DNA of 63,068 bases, the filler included, from Craspedostauros australis (lineage: Eukaryota): assembly GCA_030167865.1 (NCBI GenBank). It is 9 parts of 9 records of this genome, joined end to end, with 100 filler letters (N's around TTAATTAATTAA, not from the genome) between each part and the next. Parts side by side here need not be neighbours in the genome. Positions count along the whole stretch, not along the records: positions 33,222 to 36,722 come from JALAGF010005440.1; positions 36,823 to 38,396 come from JALAGF010005442.1; positions 38,497 to 39,749 come from JALAGF010005443.1; positions 39,850 to 52,351 come from JALAGF010005444.1; 5 more parts are not named here. One strand, given 5' to 3'. The notes under the pieces are model-generated. The model was not told the origin of the DNA and ran no database searches. It saw only the letters and a list, made by a program, of their open reading frames with translations. The position numbers were made by a program, and so were the translations under genes. Positions 33,222 through 44,650 of this stretch are shown in pieces (position 1 is the stretch's first letter; each line of letters starts with the position of its first letter).

Positions 33222-36200
33222 TCTCGACGACGCCGACGCTCTCCAAACCAACATGAGCCTCACCACCGGCAAGATGGACTTCTCTCTGGACTTCGATGCC
33301 TTCCTCGGCATTGTGCGTCGTTCCGCGCAACGCAACGACTTGCGCAACCCGCGCAACAAGACGAAGCGCAGGATCAACAACACCAACAAGGACAAGGATC
33401 AAGGCGGAGACAACGCCAACAAGAACAAGACCGGAACCCACCGCATCCCGGATGACGAATGGAAGAAGATGACCTGGCCTCAGAAGAAAGCGCACATGGA
33501 GGCGCGTGGCCAATGGGACCCTTCCAAGAACAAGAGCAAGAACAAGTCCCAGCGTCAGGCCAACAAGACCGCTGGCACTGACAAGACCTCATCGGGATCC
33601 TCTTCTGGGGAGACCGGTACCAAGACAAGCGCTGCCCCCGGTGACGCTATCAAGCGTATGCTGGCGAACACACAGACCAGCAAGAATGAAGAGATCACAG
33701 TCGATGGTAAGGTCTACCGCGCTGTGAACATCACCGAAGTTCGCTACAGCTTCAACAAGGCAACCACCAACATGTCTGGTTCCCTAATTGACAGTGGTGC
33801 GAACGGAGGCCTCGCTGGAGAAGATGTCGTGGTCCTGGACAGGACCGGACACACAGCGGATATCAACGGGATCGGTGATACCACGATTGTCAACCTCGAC
33901 ATCGGCACGGTGGCTGGCCTCGTCATGTCGACTGAAGGACCCATCATCGCGAAGTTCTACCAGTATGCCATCCATGGGAAAGGCAAGACAATCCATTCCT
34001 CCAACCAACTCGGAGCGTTTGGGTTGGATGTGAACGAGCGTCCAAGCAGCCTACCAGGTGGTCGCCAAACCATCATCGTGCCAGACGGACACATCATCCC
34101 TCTTGCAATCCGACAAGGTCTGTCGTACATGGACATGCGTCCGCCCACAGCCAAAGAGATGGACACCTATCCGCACGTTGACTTCACGGCGGATGAGGTT
34201 TGGGATCCATCCGCACTCGATCAAGAAACCCTGACGGCGGAACAGTCACTCGATGAATTTTCTGAGGAAACTTTCGAATCTCAGGACGCCCTTAAGGTTT
34301 CCAAGACCAAGAAAATCGGTGAGATGACAACACCGGTTACCATCCAACGCACGCCAATCGACTACGAGGCGCTCCGCCCGCGGTTTGGTTGGATCCCCGC
34401 CCTACGCATCCGAGACACACTCCGCTGTACCTCCCAATGGTACCGCTCCTCCGAGCGTTTTGCGATGCGAAAGCATTTCAAGACAAGATTCCCAGCAGCC
34501 AACGTCAATCGTCTCCACGAGACCGTGGCGATGGACACGCTCTTTTCCGATACACCAGCACACGACGATGGTGTTCCGGGACATGGTGGGTGCACCATGA
34601 TTCAGATCTACGTTGCTGTGGACTCTCGCTTCACTGCTGGATTCCCAATGGCATCAGAGAAGCAGGTCTCCAGCACCTTTCAGGAGTTCATTCGGCGCCA
34701 TGGAGCTCCGGATCTGTTGATGTCAGACAATGCGAAAGCAGAGATCGGGTTCAAGATGCAAGACATCCTCCGGCAATACGCCATTGCTGACCACCAAAGT
34801 GAGCCTGAGCATCAGCACCAGAACGCCGCTGAGAGACGCATCCAGGACATCAAGCGGATGACCAACGGTGTCATGGACCGAACGGGCACCCCTGCTCGCT
34901 TCTGGTTGATCTGCACGATGTATGTCATCGTCCTCTTCAATCACCTGGCACAACGAACGGCGGGCAACGTCACGCCAATGCAGGCCGCCTACGGGCATCG
35001 TCCTGATGTGAGCAAGTTCATGTGCTACCACTGGTGGCAGCCAGTGTACTACCGAGTCGAGAAGCCTGGCTTCCCCAGCCAGTCTCGCGAGCGAAAGGGG
35101 CGCTGGGCGGGACCGTGTCTCCACAAGGGAGATGATCTGACGTACTGGGTGCTCGACGACGAGACGCAACAGCTCCTCCCGCGATCTGCTATCCGCGCTG
35201 CCGATCTCCCACCCGAGTCCAACCTTCGTGCCGACTTCCCCATGCCCGACGCTGGGGAGGATGACGGCTTGGCCGAGATCCCGTCCGCTGATGGGGAGCT
35301 CCAAGACGACTCTTTCATCGAGTCCACTGCCGACCCGGTCGTCCATTCCCTCTCGGACGCCGTTCTTTTCGCTTCTGACGGAGCCGACAATCGAGCGACG
35401 GACGGGGGAATCGTCAAGGTNCCGCACTTCACACCTGAGGAACTGATCGGAAAGACCTTCGTGTATGATCGTGATGGCGAGCAAGTCAAAGCAGAAGTCA
35501 TCCAACGCGTGAACGATGCTGATGCTGCAAACCACCAACGCATCAAGATGCTCCTTTCCATCGACGACGGAGCTGTTAACGACCTCATCTCGTATGTGGA
35601 ACTGTCCGATCTTATCGAACAACAGACCAACAGCAGCACCAATGGAGAAGACGCCAAGTGGGGATTCCACAGCATCACAGGACATGAAGGACCCCTGGTG
35701 CCAACCTCCAACCGATACAAAGGATCCAAATACAACTTGATCATCCAATGGGATGATGGATCTTTGACCACAGAACCGCTCTCGCTGATGATCCAAGANN
35801 NNNNNNNNNNNNNNNNNNNNNNNNNNNNNNNNNNNNNNNNNCTCGAACAGCCAGGGTGGAAGCGTCTCAAGAAGACTGCTGAACGGCAAGGACGCATGAA
35901 ACGGCAAGCACACATTGCCAAGACCAAGTCCAAACGACACACCAACACACCCATCTACCAATTCGGTGTACAGGTGCCACGCAACCACCAAGAAGCCATG
36001 CGCCTGGATGCCAAGAATGGCAACAACAACTGGGCAAAGGCAGAGAAAACAGAGATGGAGCAACTCTTTGGCTACGGTNNNNNNNNNNNNNNNNNNNNNN
36101 NNNNNNNNNNNNNNNNNNNNNNNNNNNNATCCAATGGGATGATGGATCTTTGACCACAGAACCGCTCTCGCTGATGATCCAAGACGATCCTGTGTCGTGC

Positions 36201-36722
36201 GCTGTCTACGGATGCAAGCATGACCTCCTCGAACAGCCAGGGTGGAAGCGTCTCAAGAAGACTGCTGAACGGCAAGGACGCATGAAACGGCAAGCACACA
36301 TTGCCAAGACCAAGTCCAAACGACACACCAACACACCCATCTACCAATTCGGTGTACAGGTGCCACGCAACCACCAAGAAGCCATGCGCCTGGATGCCAA
36401 GAATGGCAACAACAACTGGGCAAAGGCAGAGAAAACAGAGATGGAGCAACTCTTTGGCTACGGTACCTTCAAGTCGCTCGGAAAGACGACCGAAGTGCCA
36501 GATGGATACCAAAAGATCCGACTCCAATGGGTGTACGCAGTCAAGCATGACTTGCGTCACAAGGCCCGGTGTGTTGCAGGTGGACATCTGACCGATCCAT
36601 GCAGCGACACATCCTACGCTGGTGTCGTGAGCCTTCAGTCCCTTCGCATCGCACTACTCGCTGGTGAAGCCAATGGTCTACAGACCATGGTAGGCGACAT
36701 CGGAAACGCTTACCTCGAGGCG
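33222..36722 (+). mobile_element. Ty1/copia (CoDi-like) LTR retrotransposon gag-pol fragment: gag end, protease, integrase, chromo-like module, start of RT
   Basis: Protease SLIDSGANGGLAG. Integrase VAMDTLF / LMSDNA / QNAAERRIQDIK. RT WVYAVKHDLRHKARCVAGGH and DIGNAYL. PR-IN-RT order is copia-type. Confidence 0.93.
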
Positions 36723-36822
36723 NNNNNNNNNNNNNNNNNNNNNNNNNNNNNNNNNNNNNNNNNNNNTTAATTAATTAANNNNNNNNNNNNNNNNNNNNNN
36801 NNNNNNNNNNNNNNNNNNNNNN

Positions 36823-38396
36823 TGGTTCCATGGTCACACTGCCATCCTCCCATTGTACCTTTACGTTGTAGGAGGAGCCGTTGTATTTGCTGTGACTGGA
36901 GTGGAACGGACCTTCATGACCGGTGATGGCTTTGAAAACGCACATCTCCCCGTCGCCAATCTCCTGTTCGTGCTGCTGTTCGATGATGTCAGCTAGATCC
37001 GTATACGCGATGAGCTCTTCAGTGTCGTCGTCGCCGTATGCGATGAGCATCTTGATATTGTCATGGTTGGCTGCGTCTCCGTCCTTGATCNTGCGGATCA
37101 CTCGAGCTCTCCACTTGAGTCCATCCTGTTGGTGGAGGAAGGTCAATCCGAGCAACTCATCAGGACTGAATTTGGGGACTTTGACTACACCAGAATCTGA
37201 TTCTCCATGTGATGTGGCTACCAGGTCAGACAGTGCATGCACAACGGGTCGTCTAGGTTTAGGTGTGCTGTCACTGTCGAAATCATCTGGATTTCCGTTT
37301 TCGCTAGCTTCGTCATCCACGTTACCATCCTCCCCAGAAGCAGGCAGGGGGTAGTCAGCCCGTAGGTTTCGCGCGTCATCGGACACACGTCGGATGCTGG
37401 AGCGTGGCAACAGCCGTTGCGTTGCATCATCAAGTACCCAGAACGTCAGTTCGTCACCCTTGTGCTCGCACGGTCCAGCCCAGCGTCCACGCCGTTCTTG
37501 CGTGGTGCCCGGGAAGGCAGCGTTCCCGACCTTGTAGTACACTGGCTCCCACCAGTGGAAGCTGAGGTACTTGCTGACATCAGGGCGCTGGCCTGTGGCG
37601 GCTTGGATGGGCGTGATGTGGCCAGCCGTGGACTGCGACAGGTGGTTGAGCAGTCCCACGACGTACAAGGTGCAGATGAGCCAGAACCTGGCAGGGNNNN
37701 NNNNNNNNNNNNNNNNNNNNNNNNNNNNNNNNNNNNNNNNNNNNNNGCTTTAGGTGTGCTGTCACTGTCGAAATCTTCTGGATTTTCGGTTTCGCTAGCT
37801 TCGTCACCCACGTTACCATCCTCCCCAGAACCAGGCAGGGGGTAGTCCGCCCGAAGGTTTCGCGCGTCATCAGACACACGTCGGATGCTCGAGCGTGGCA
37901 ACAGCCGTTGCGTTGCTTCATCTAGTACCCAGAACGTCAGTTCATCACCCTTGTGTTCGCACGGTCCAGCCCAGCGTCCACGCCGTTCTTGTGTGGTGCC
38001 AGGGAAGGCAGCATTCCCAACCTTGTAGTACACCGGCTCCCACCAGTGGAAGCTGAGGTACTTGCTCACGTCGGGACGTTGGCCAGTGGCGGCTTGGATG
38101 GGTGTGATGTGACCGGCCGTGGACTGTGACAGGTGGTTGAGCAGTCCCACGACGTACAAGGTGCAGACGAGCCAGAACCTGGCAGGGGTGCCAGTTCGGT
38201 CCATGATGCCGTTGGTGGTGCGCTTGATATCCTGGATGCGTCGCTCGACAGGATTCTGATGTTGGTGGTGTGGTTCGGACTGGTGGTCTGCGATGCAGTA
38301 CTGCCGGAGGACGTCCTTCATCCTGCCTCCGATCTGCGCCGTGGCGTTGTCGGACATCAACACGTCCATGGCACCATGCTCCCGAATGAAGTCCTG
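36823..38396 (-). mobile_element. Copia (CoDi-like) integrase fragments, a related subfamily; two overlapping variants either side of a gap
   Basis: LMSDNA, HQNPVERRIQDIK, GRWAGPCEHKGD and ITGHEGP..YNVKVQWEDGSVTMEP. Confidence 0.9.
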
Positions 38397-38496
38397 NNNN
38401 NNNNNNNNNNNNNNNNNNNNNNNNNNNNNNNNNNNNNNNNTTAATTAATTAANNNNNNNNNNNNNNNNNNNNNNNNNNNNNNNNNNNNNNNNNNNN

Positions 38497-39749
38497 TTCC
38501 AAGATGTTGCCACCATCTATCAATGATCGTTGCTGGCGACAATGGTTTCAGAGCAGTGCAACAGATCCATAACAGTTGGCGATCGCTCGATTTGTTGGGG
38601 CGTGACACTGTATCACTTCTTGCACATCAACATGCACACAACATTTGATTGAGACATGAACACTTTGATCGCACACATTCTGATCATCCCCCTCCCAACA
38701 TCTCCGCAACACGAACAACATCAACATGAGGATCACTCTCGGAGCCAAGGTCNNNNNNNNNNNNNNNNNNNNNNNNNNNNNNNNNNNNNNNNNNNNNNNN
38801 NNNNNNNNNNNNNNNNNNNNNNNNNNNNNNNNNNNNNNNNNNNNNNNNNNNGTCCATTGGGAATCCTTGGGTGTCGTATGCCAACACAGTTCCCAAACCC
38901 TCATTCGCCTGGAAGGCAATGAAAGTCCACTTCCCGACACCAAGGTCAAAGAATACATTCAAACCATCTTCGTTGGAAAAGGAGTTGCAGTGTTGGATGC
39001 TTTTGCAAAGAGCCACAGATTCCTCCCGCCACCAGAGGCGATCACTGGACCGGCGGATGCACCTGCAGTCAGCCANNNNNNNNNNNNNNNNNNNNNNNNN
39101 NNNNNNNNNNNNNNNNNNNNNNNNNNNNNNNNNNNNNNNNNNNNNNNNNNNNNNNNNNNNNNNNNNNNNNNNNNNNNNNNNNNNNNNNNNNGCAACATTC
39201 TCCCGAGCAACAATCCGGCTGCAACTTCTCTACCACTGAACTCTCCTCCCATCAACATTCACCTGACCAACGTTCTGGCCACAACTTCCCAACCAACAAA
39301 CTCTTTGCACACGCCCCCAACCAACAAAGTCAGTATTGACAGCGGATCCGAAGAGCCGGAGGATGACGCATCTATGGATTGCAACATTGACAAGAACTTT
39401 GACAACGACGTGTTGAATTATGCGATTGAGATGGAGGAACAAANCCTCCACTATGAACCACATCANGCAGAGAAGGCNANACTNATCTCCNACAACACCT
39501 CCATCAGCATGGGATCTNNAGCCNANNTAATGACATGGAAGGTTGTACCAGATGACCACATTGGCAGCCCCAAAGATGGATCTTCACGGGAGTGGGTGGG
39601 GGTTGCAAACTTTGACTTCACCAACCTAACCGTCGCGGGCAGGGGCAGGGACAGCAGGTACCAATGTATCAACATGCTGCATCTCCTACAGCACATGTGG
39701 CCTGGCAACTGGAAGGCCCAGGTTGACAAGCTCAATCAAAGGATCATCA
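38497..39749 (+). pseudogene. Degenerate DNA-transposase-like fragment (possibly piggyBac-like N-terminal part)
   Basis: An acidic low-complexity region followed by LLQHMWPGNWKAQVDKLNQRI, reminiscent of the start of the PGBD-type core. Low-quality sequence. Confidence 0.3.
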
Positions 39750-39849
39750 NNNNNNNNNNNNNNNNNNNNNNNNNNNNNNNNNNNNNNNNNNNNTTAATTA
39801 ATTAANNNNNNNNNNNNNNNNNNNNNNNNNNNNNNNNNNNNNNNNNNNN

Positions 39850-40015
39850 GAAAGTACCATCACTTCGATGAAAGTACCACCAGTTCGATGAAAGTACCAC
39901 CTGTTCGATGAAAGTACCACCAGTTCGATGAAACTACGACCAGTTCGATGAAACTAAGACCAGTTCGATGAAAGTACCAATAGTCCGACAAAGGTCCTAC
40001 GAGTCCGATGAAAGC
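39850..40015 (+). repeat. 20-bp tandem array (core TTCGATGAAAGTA), about 8 units, decaying rightwards
   Basis: aaagtaccac-cagttcgatg with period 20. Confidence 0.95.
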
Positions 40016-41038
40016 GGACACTCTGCAACGCACGCCACAACGGTTCAAGAAACCAACTCGTGTCCAAACAGCCGTTCTGTTGCAACAAGACCCAATGACA
40101 ACAACAAGAGCCCGAAACCCCGTGCCAATCTGTGTCGCTCCACATCACAGAGGAAGAACTCAGCAATCAGCCAACCAATTGGCACACCAACATTCACCAA
40201 AAAGAGGAAGCAAAGGCAGCAGGGAATTTGGAGTGTTCCAGACAGAATTTCAGTGCAGTGGAAAGAGCGCAGCCTGCGGCGTGGGATAATGGTGAACGTG
40301 TGACGATCGGCAGACGCGACGGGTGTGCATTGTGTGTGCACTCTGACTGTCTCAGCAGACGCAGCGGGCAGGAGAATTTGCCGCCGCTCCGTCCGTCATC
40401 AGACCGTCGACCAACGCGGAAATTCACGAACCACCCAATTTCCACCAACCAGTTTATTTTGTGCTCCATCGCGACTCAAAACGTCGAAATGTCCACGCGA
40501 CATTCCATGGACACGGAGATTTCGCATCGACCTCCAAGGCTAGTGTATAAATGTAGACCACCTGTTTCACACAGGAAAAGTACAAGCCACATCATACATG
40601 TTTATCATACTTGTAGCATTGTGACATTAACAAGTTCCTATCAACGCACATTGTCAAATGAAGGGATAAATGCCTACTTCAGTTGTAGATATGTGCATCA
40701 TCCATCTGTTTGCTCCAATTCTGTACATCGTGGATCGTATNCTGACTAAACNTNCATAGGAAAGGATAAAATATTACACTTTAACAAGAATAGTGCATCC
40801 CAAGCATTCCAATGGGTATACTGCCAGCTAGCAAGTGTATTTATCCATCTGGAAGAGATACTGATATCCAAATCTATGAACCTCGTCATACTCAGTGCAA
40901 CGCTCGACGCTGCACAATCTTCTGCATGTCTACGCATTCCTCAGGCCATATTGTGAAATCCGACTGGCGGCACCACTCCAATCACACTCCAATGAGTATG
41001 GCCATTGAGTTTGAAGTCCTTGATTTGCCTGGAAGGGA

Positions 41039-41820
41039 TGTTGGCAAGTTCCGCACACGGATGGCCTTGGCATTGCTGACGATGGTGTTGGTTGTTGCAA
41101 TACTCTCGTTAGTTCATTCCGTTGCTACTCCGATACTCTTGGTGTCTCTTCGATGCTCTTGAAATCTCTTGTCTACCCGATGCTCTCAGTGGTTCGTCTG
41201 TCTGACTATGAGCTGGCACGTGAGATGCTCTCTTGCTGTTACTCATATTCTCTCTCTATGCTGATATTGCATGTTAGTACCATGCATGATAGCGTGTATT
41301 CGACACAATCTTGATCTTCCTCCTTCTACTAGTCCACTACTTCACATGTAGTAGTCAGTGCCATGCATTCTCTGCACCTTGCACCTTTCACGATCACCAT
41401 GATACTTCAATCATAAGATTCCTACCTTCTGTTCTGATTCCGAACCAGCTGTCAGTTCGAATGGCATGGACTTTGGAGTCAACGTCAGTCATCGTCATTC
41501 TATGGATGTGCTGATTCCATATTCCATTGATGATGCTGTAGGAGTATCAGGTTGGTGTCATTTGAGGTTTAGTTGGGAAGCATACCAATCCAGCATCGAT
41601 ATCATAGGTTTCTGGATGAGTGGGTAGATCGAACATCTGATACTCTCAGATTTCCTGTCTCACGTCTGTCCGACGTTGGGCACAAAAGTGGCGTGCATAA
41701 TTTTGGTTCGTGATTCACACAACCGTTGATGGCCAATGATGCAAATGTCAATGCTGCTCAGCGCGCACGGGGTGAGAGAACAATGAGTGAGCGATGCACA
41801 TACACATATACATCCCAACA
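41039..41820. mobile_element. Solo LTR (family A, diverged, opposite orientation) with 6-bp TSD AAGGGA
   Basis: TGTTGG...CCAACA termini; AAGGGA at 41033-41038 and 41821-41826; internal reverse-complement similarity to 25855-26656. Confidence 0.88.
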
Positions 41821-43537
41821 AAGGGATCTAATTCTACTGATGCTGATATCCTGCAGTACTGAAACATACGCATCATGCTGCTCAGAGTCCTGAGCAGATG
41901 TGCATATAAAATGTCAATCATATTCAATGTAGCACCTTGGCGCGTCCAAACGCACTCCATGGAGGGCAGTCATGGAGTTTGAAGCTGCACACCTGCTAGC
42001 AAGGTGCATCAACATGCCCTCAGGTGAACCTCATGTTACGACGCTGCTGAGTGCTGCTTGATATCAGAATCAGTAGAATTAGATCTCTTCCAAATGGACC
42101 AAGAGCTTCAAACTCCACGGCCATAGCCATTGAAGTCTACTTGGAGTGTTCAGCAGTCGCATGTCTCAAGGCAGCCAACCAAAGGCATAAATGTGTGGAA
42201 TACTGCTCAAGGCGATGCCTACTGTAGAGATGCGTCCCAGGCAGTACTGCGTGAAACAGCATCTGTAAGAATGGATCCCATACAGATGGACCTTGCATTT
42301 CCACCACCATTTGCGTACTCTTTAGATTGCATGCGGAGTGACTGAAGTGCTTGTGTGGAGTATATTTGGTGTTGTCTATGCACATATGCTCAGAACACTG
42401 TACAACGTGAGGCGTATCTATCAGCCCCACGTGATATGAGCATCCATGAAATTGGATCCCTTCCTGACGGATCTAGGGGCTTCCAACTCCATGCCCGTAT
42501 TCTGTGATGTATGGTTGGAGTGGTTGTAGCGTTGGATCAGAATACAATGGACAGTTCCTATGCGCAAATATCCAAATCACTGCCCAGTGCGACATGTACT
42601 GTTTTGTACTGCGTGATATCAGCATCTGTAGAATTAGATCCCTTCCAAATGGAGCTAAGACTTCAAACTCCATGACTGTACTCTTTGGAGCGTGTTTGGA
42701 GCTAGGCAGTTGATCATATCTCTCAAAACAGCCTGCTAAATGCATAGATATGCGTAATGCAGTACAGAGTCAAGCGTACCGCACAGTATGCCGAGGTTCA
42801 TAGATTTGGATACCAGGATTCCTTCCAGATGGATCCAGATACTTGGAAACCACCTCCATATCCATTGAAGCACTTTCACTATGACGAGGTTGGTAGAATT
42901 GCAGACGTTGGATCTTTCATATGAAGGTTTGGTCAAAACCCTGCATACCGCACAGAGTCGCCGTGCGGTATCATGTGATTTGATTGCGTACAATGTGCAA
43001 CATCTTCTAGATGGATCCAGTCACTCGCAAGCTGGTAGTATAACCATTGGAATGATCTCAATGTTCTGATCTTGTTTAGATGGAATATGTTTATGCTTTT
43101 CAATGAAGACTTGGTCAGAATACAATCCACAACGCACAGAATTGGAGCAAACAGGTGAATGATGCACATATCTACAACTATAGTAGGCATTCATTCCTAT
43201 CATTAGATGATGTATGTTCATATGTACTGGTTAATGTTGCCAGCATGACAAACATGTATGATGTGGCTAGTACTTTTCCTGTGTGACACAGGTGGTCTAC
43301 ATTTATATTCTTGCCTTGGAGGTCGATGTGAAATCTCTGTGTCCATGAGATGTCACTCACACGTTTTGTGCAACTGAGTTCTGTGAAAATCGACTGGTTG
43401 GTGGAATTCGGGACTTCAAAAGGGCTGGTTCGTGGATTTCCTCGTGAACCAACAGAATAACACGACTCACAGCTTCGCACAAAATTGGTTGGTGGCGTTT
43501 CGACGAAAGTATGCACGCGCCAATGATGGTCGCAACC

Positions 43538-43697
43538 ATTCGATGAAAGTAACACAGGCTCGATGAAAGTAATGTCACTTCGATGAAAGTAGTGTCACTT
43601 CGATGAAAGTAACACCACTTCGATGAAAGTAACACCACTTCGATGAAAGTAACAGGACTTCGATGAAAGTAACAACACTTCGATGAAAGTAACAATA
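43538..43697 (+). repeat. 20-bp tandem array (CGATGAAAGTA core), 8 units
   Basis: cgatgaaagta at 43541, 43561 ... 43681, with a degenerate copy at 43501. Confidence 0.95.
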
Positions 43698-43732
43698 CTA
43701 CGCGTAACGTCTATAACGTCTATTTAACGTCG

Positions 43733-44650
43733 TGACGCACAGGCTTGGTGTCCCCGTCCGGCTCATTGGGGTTTGACGTGGTTGTGAATGGGACCGGACT
43801 GATTGGAGTCTTGCGCGCGTGGTCTCCGCGAACTTTCGGCGAAATTCCCGTGTCTTGCAGTCATGCGTTTCTCTCTTGGTCTCCTGACACCATTTCTTAC
43901 GATTGGTGTCAAGCTTGATGTCCTTTCTGAATTGTTCTAGTCCGTGAGTGGCANGTGTTTCGGTTCTCCTGATGGGGTGNTCACAGACCTGCTGGTCATC
44001 GATGTTTCTCCTGTGACGTCGTTGTTTGGATTTTCTTGTTAGAGGAGGACAGGCTTGTTTTCTTGTCAAGACTGAGATCAGTCACGTTCGTCTTGAGTCA
44101 TGGGTGTGATCAACAAGACTCAAAGGTGTGATCAACAGGAGTTGATTTCAGTCGTGATTGATAATTTTGGGAGGTGCGGCAATCANNNNNNNNNNNNNNN
44201 NNNNNNNNNNNNNNNNNNNNNNNNNNNNNNNNNNNTGCATCTCATCATGCATATCATCATCTACATTCATGCGGTACGATTCCACAGTCATGCGTTTCTC
44301 TCTTGGTCTCCTGACACCATTTCTTACGATTGGTGTCAAGCTTGATGTCCTTTCTGAATTGTTCTAGTCCGTGAGTGGCACGTGTTTCGGTTCTCCTGAT
44401 GGGGTGATCACAGACCTGCTGGTCATCGATGTTTCTCCTGTGACGTCGTTGTTTGGATTTTCTTGTTAGAGGAGGACAGGCTTGTTTTCTTGNNNNNNNN
44501 NNNNNNNNNNNNNNNNNNNNNNNNNNNNNNNNNNNNTCAACAAGACTCAAAGGTGTGATCAACAGGAGTTGATTTCAGTCGTGATTGATAATTTTGGGAG
44601 GTGCGGCAATCATGGGTATCTTGACAAAGTCGTGCCCCCGATTCCTGACA
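43733..44650. mobile_element. LTR-like repeat (family B) truncating the RT of the adjacent copia element; internally duplicated by assembly gaps
   Basis: Ends ...gattcctgaCA at 44650, the same terminal motif as 56730 (...gattcctaaCA). The RT ORF loses similarity exactly there. Left boundary uncertain. Confidence 0.55.

Larger units (their letters stand above)
39850..43697. mobile_element. Non-coding foldback-like element: long imperfect inverted arms bounded by 20-bp arrays
   Basis: 40420-40860 is the reverse complement of about 43010-43445 (e.g. catggacacggagatttcgcatcgacctccaaggc vs gccttggaggtcgatgtgaaatctctgtgtccatg). 40865-41870 (minus the LTR insert) matches about 42590-42840. No convincing ORF. 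Confidence 0.65.

Noticed and set aside
39850..43697. 20-bp repeat arrays as CRISPR arrays
   Set aside because: The period is 20 bp with only about 7 variable, related bases; no unique spacers, no cas genes, eukaryotic context.
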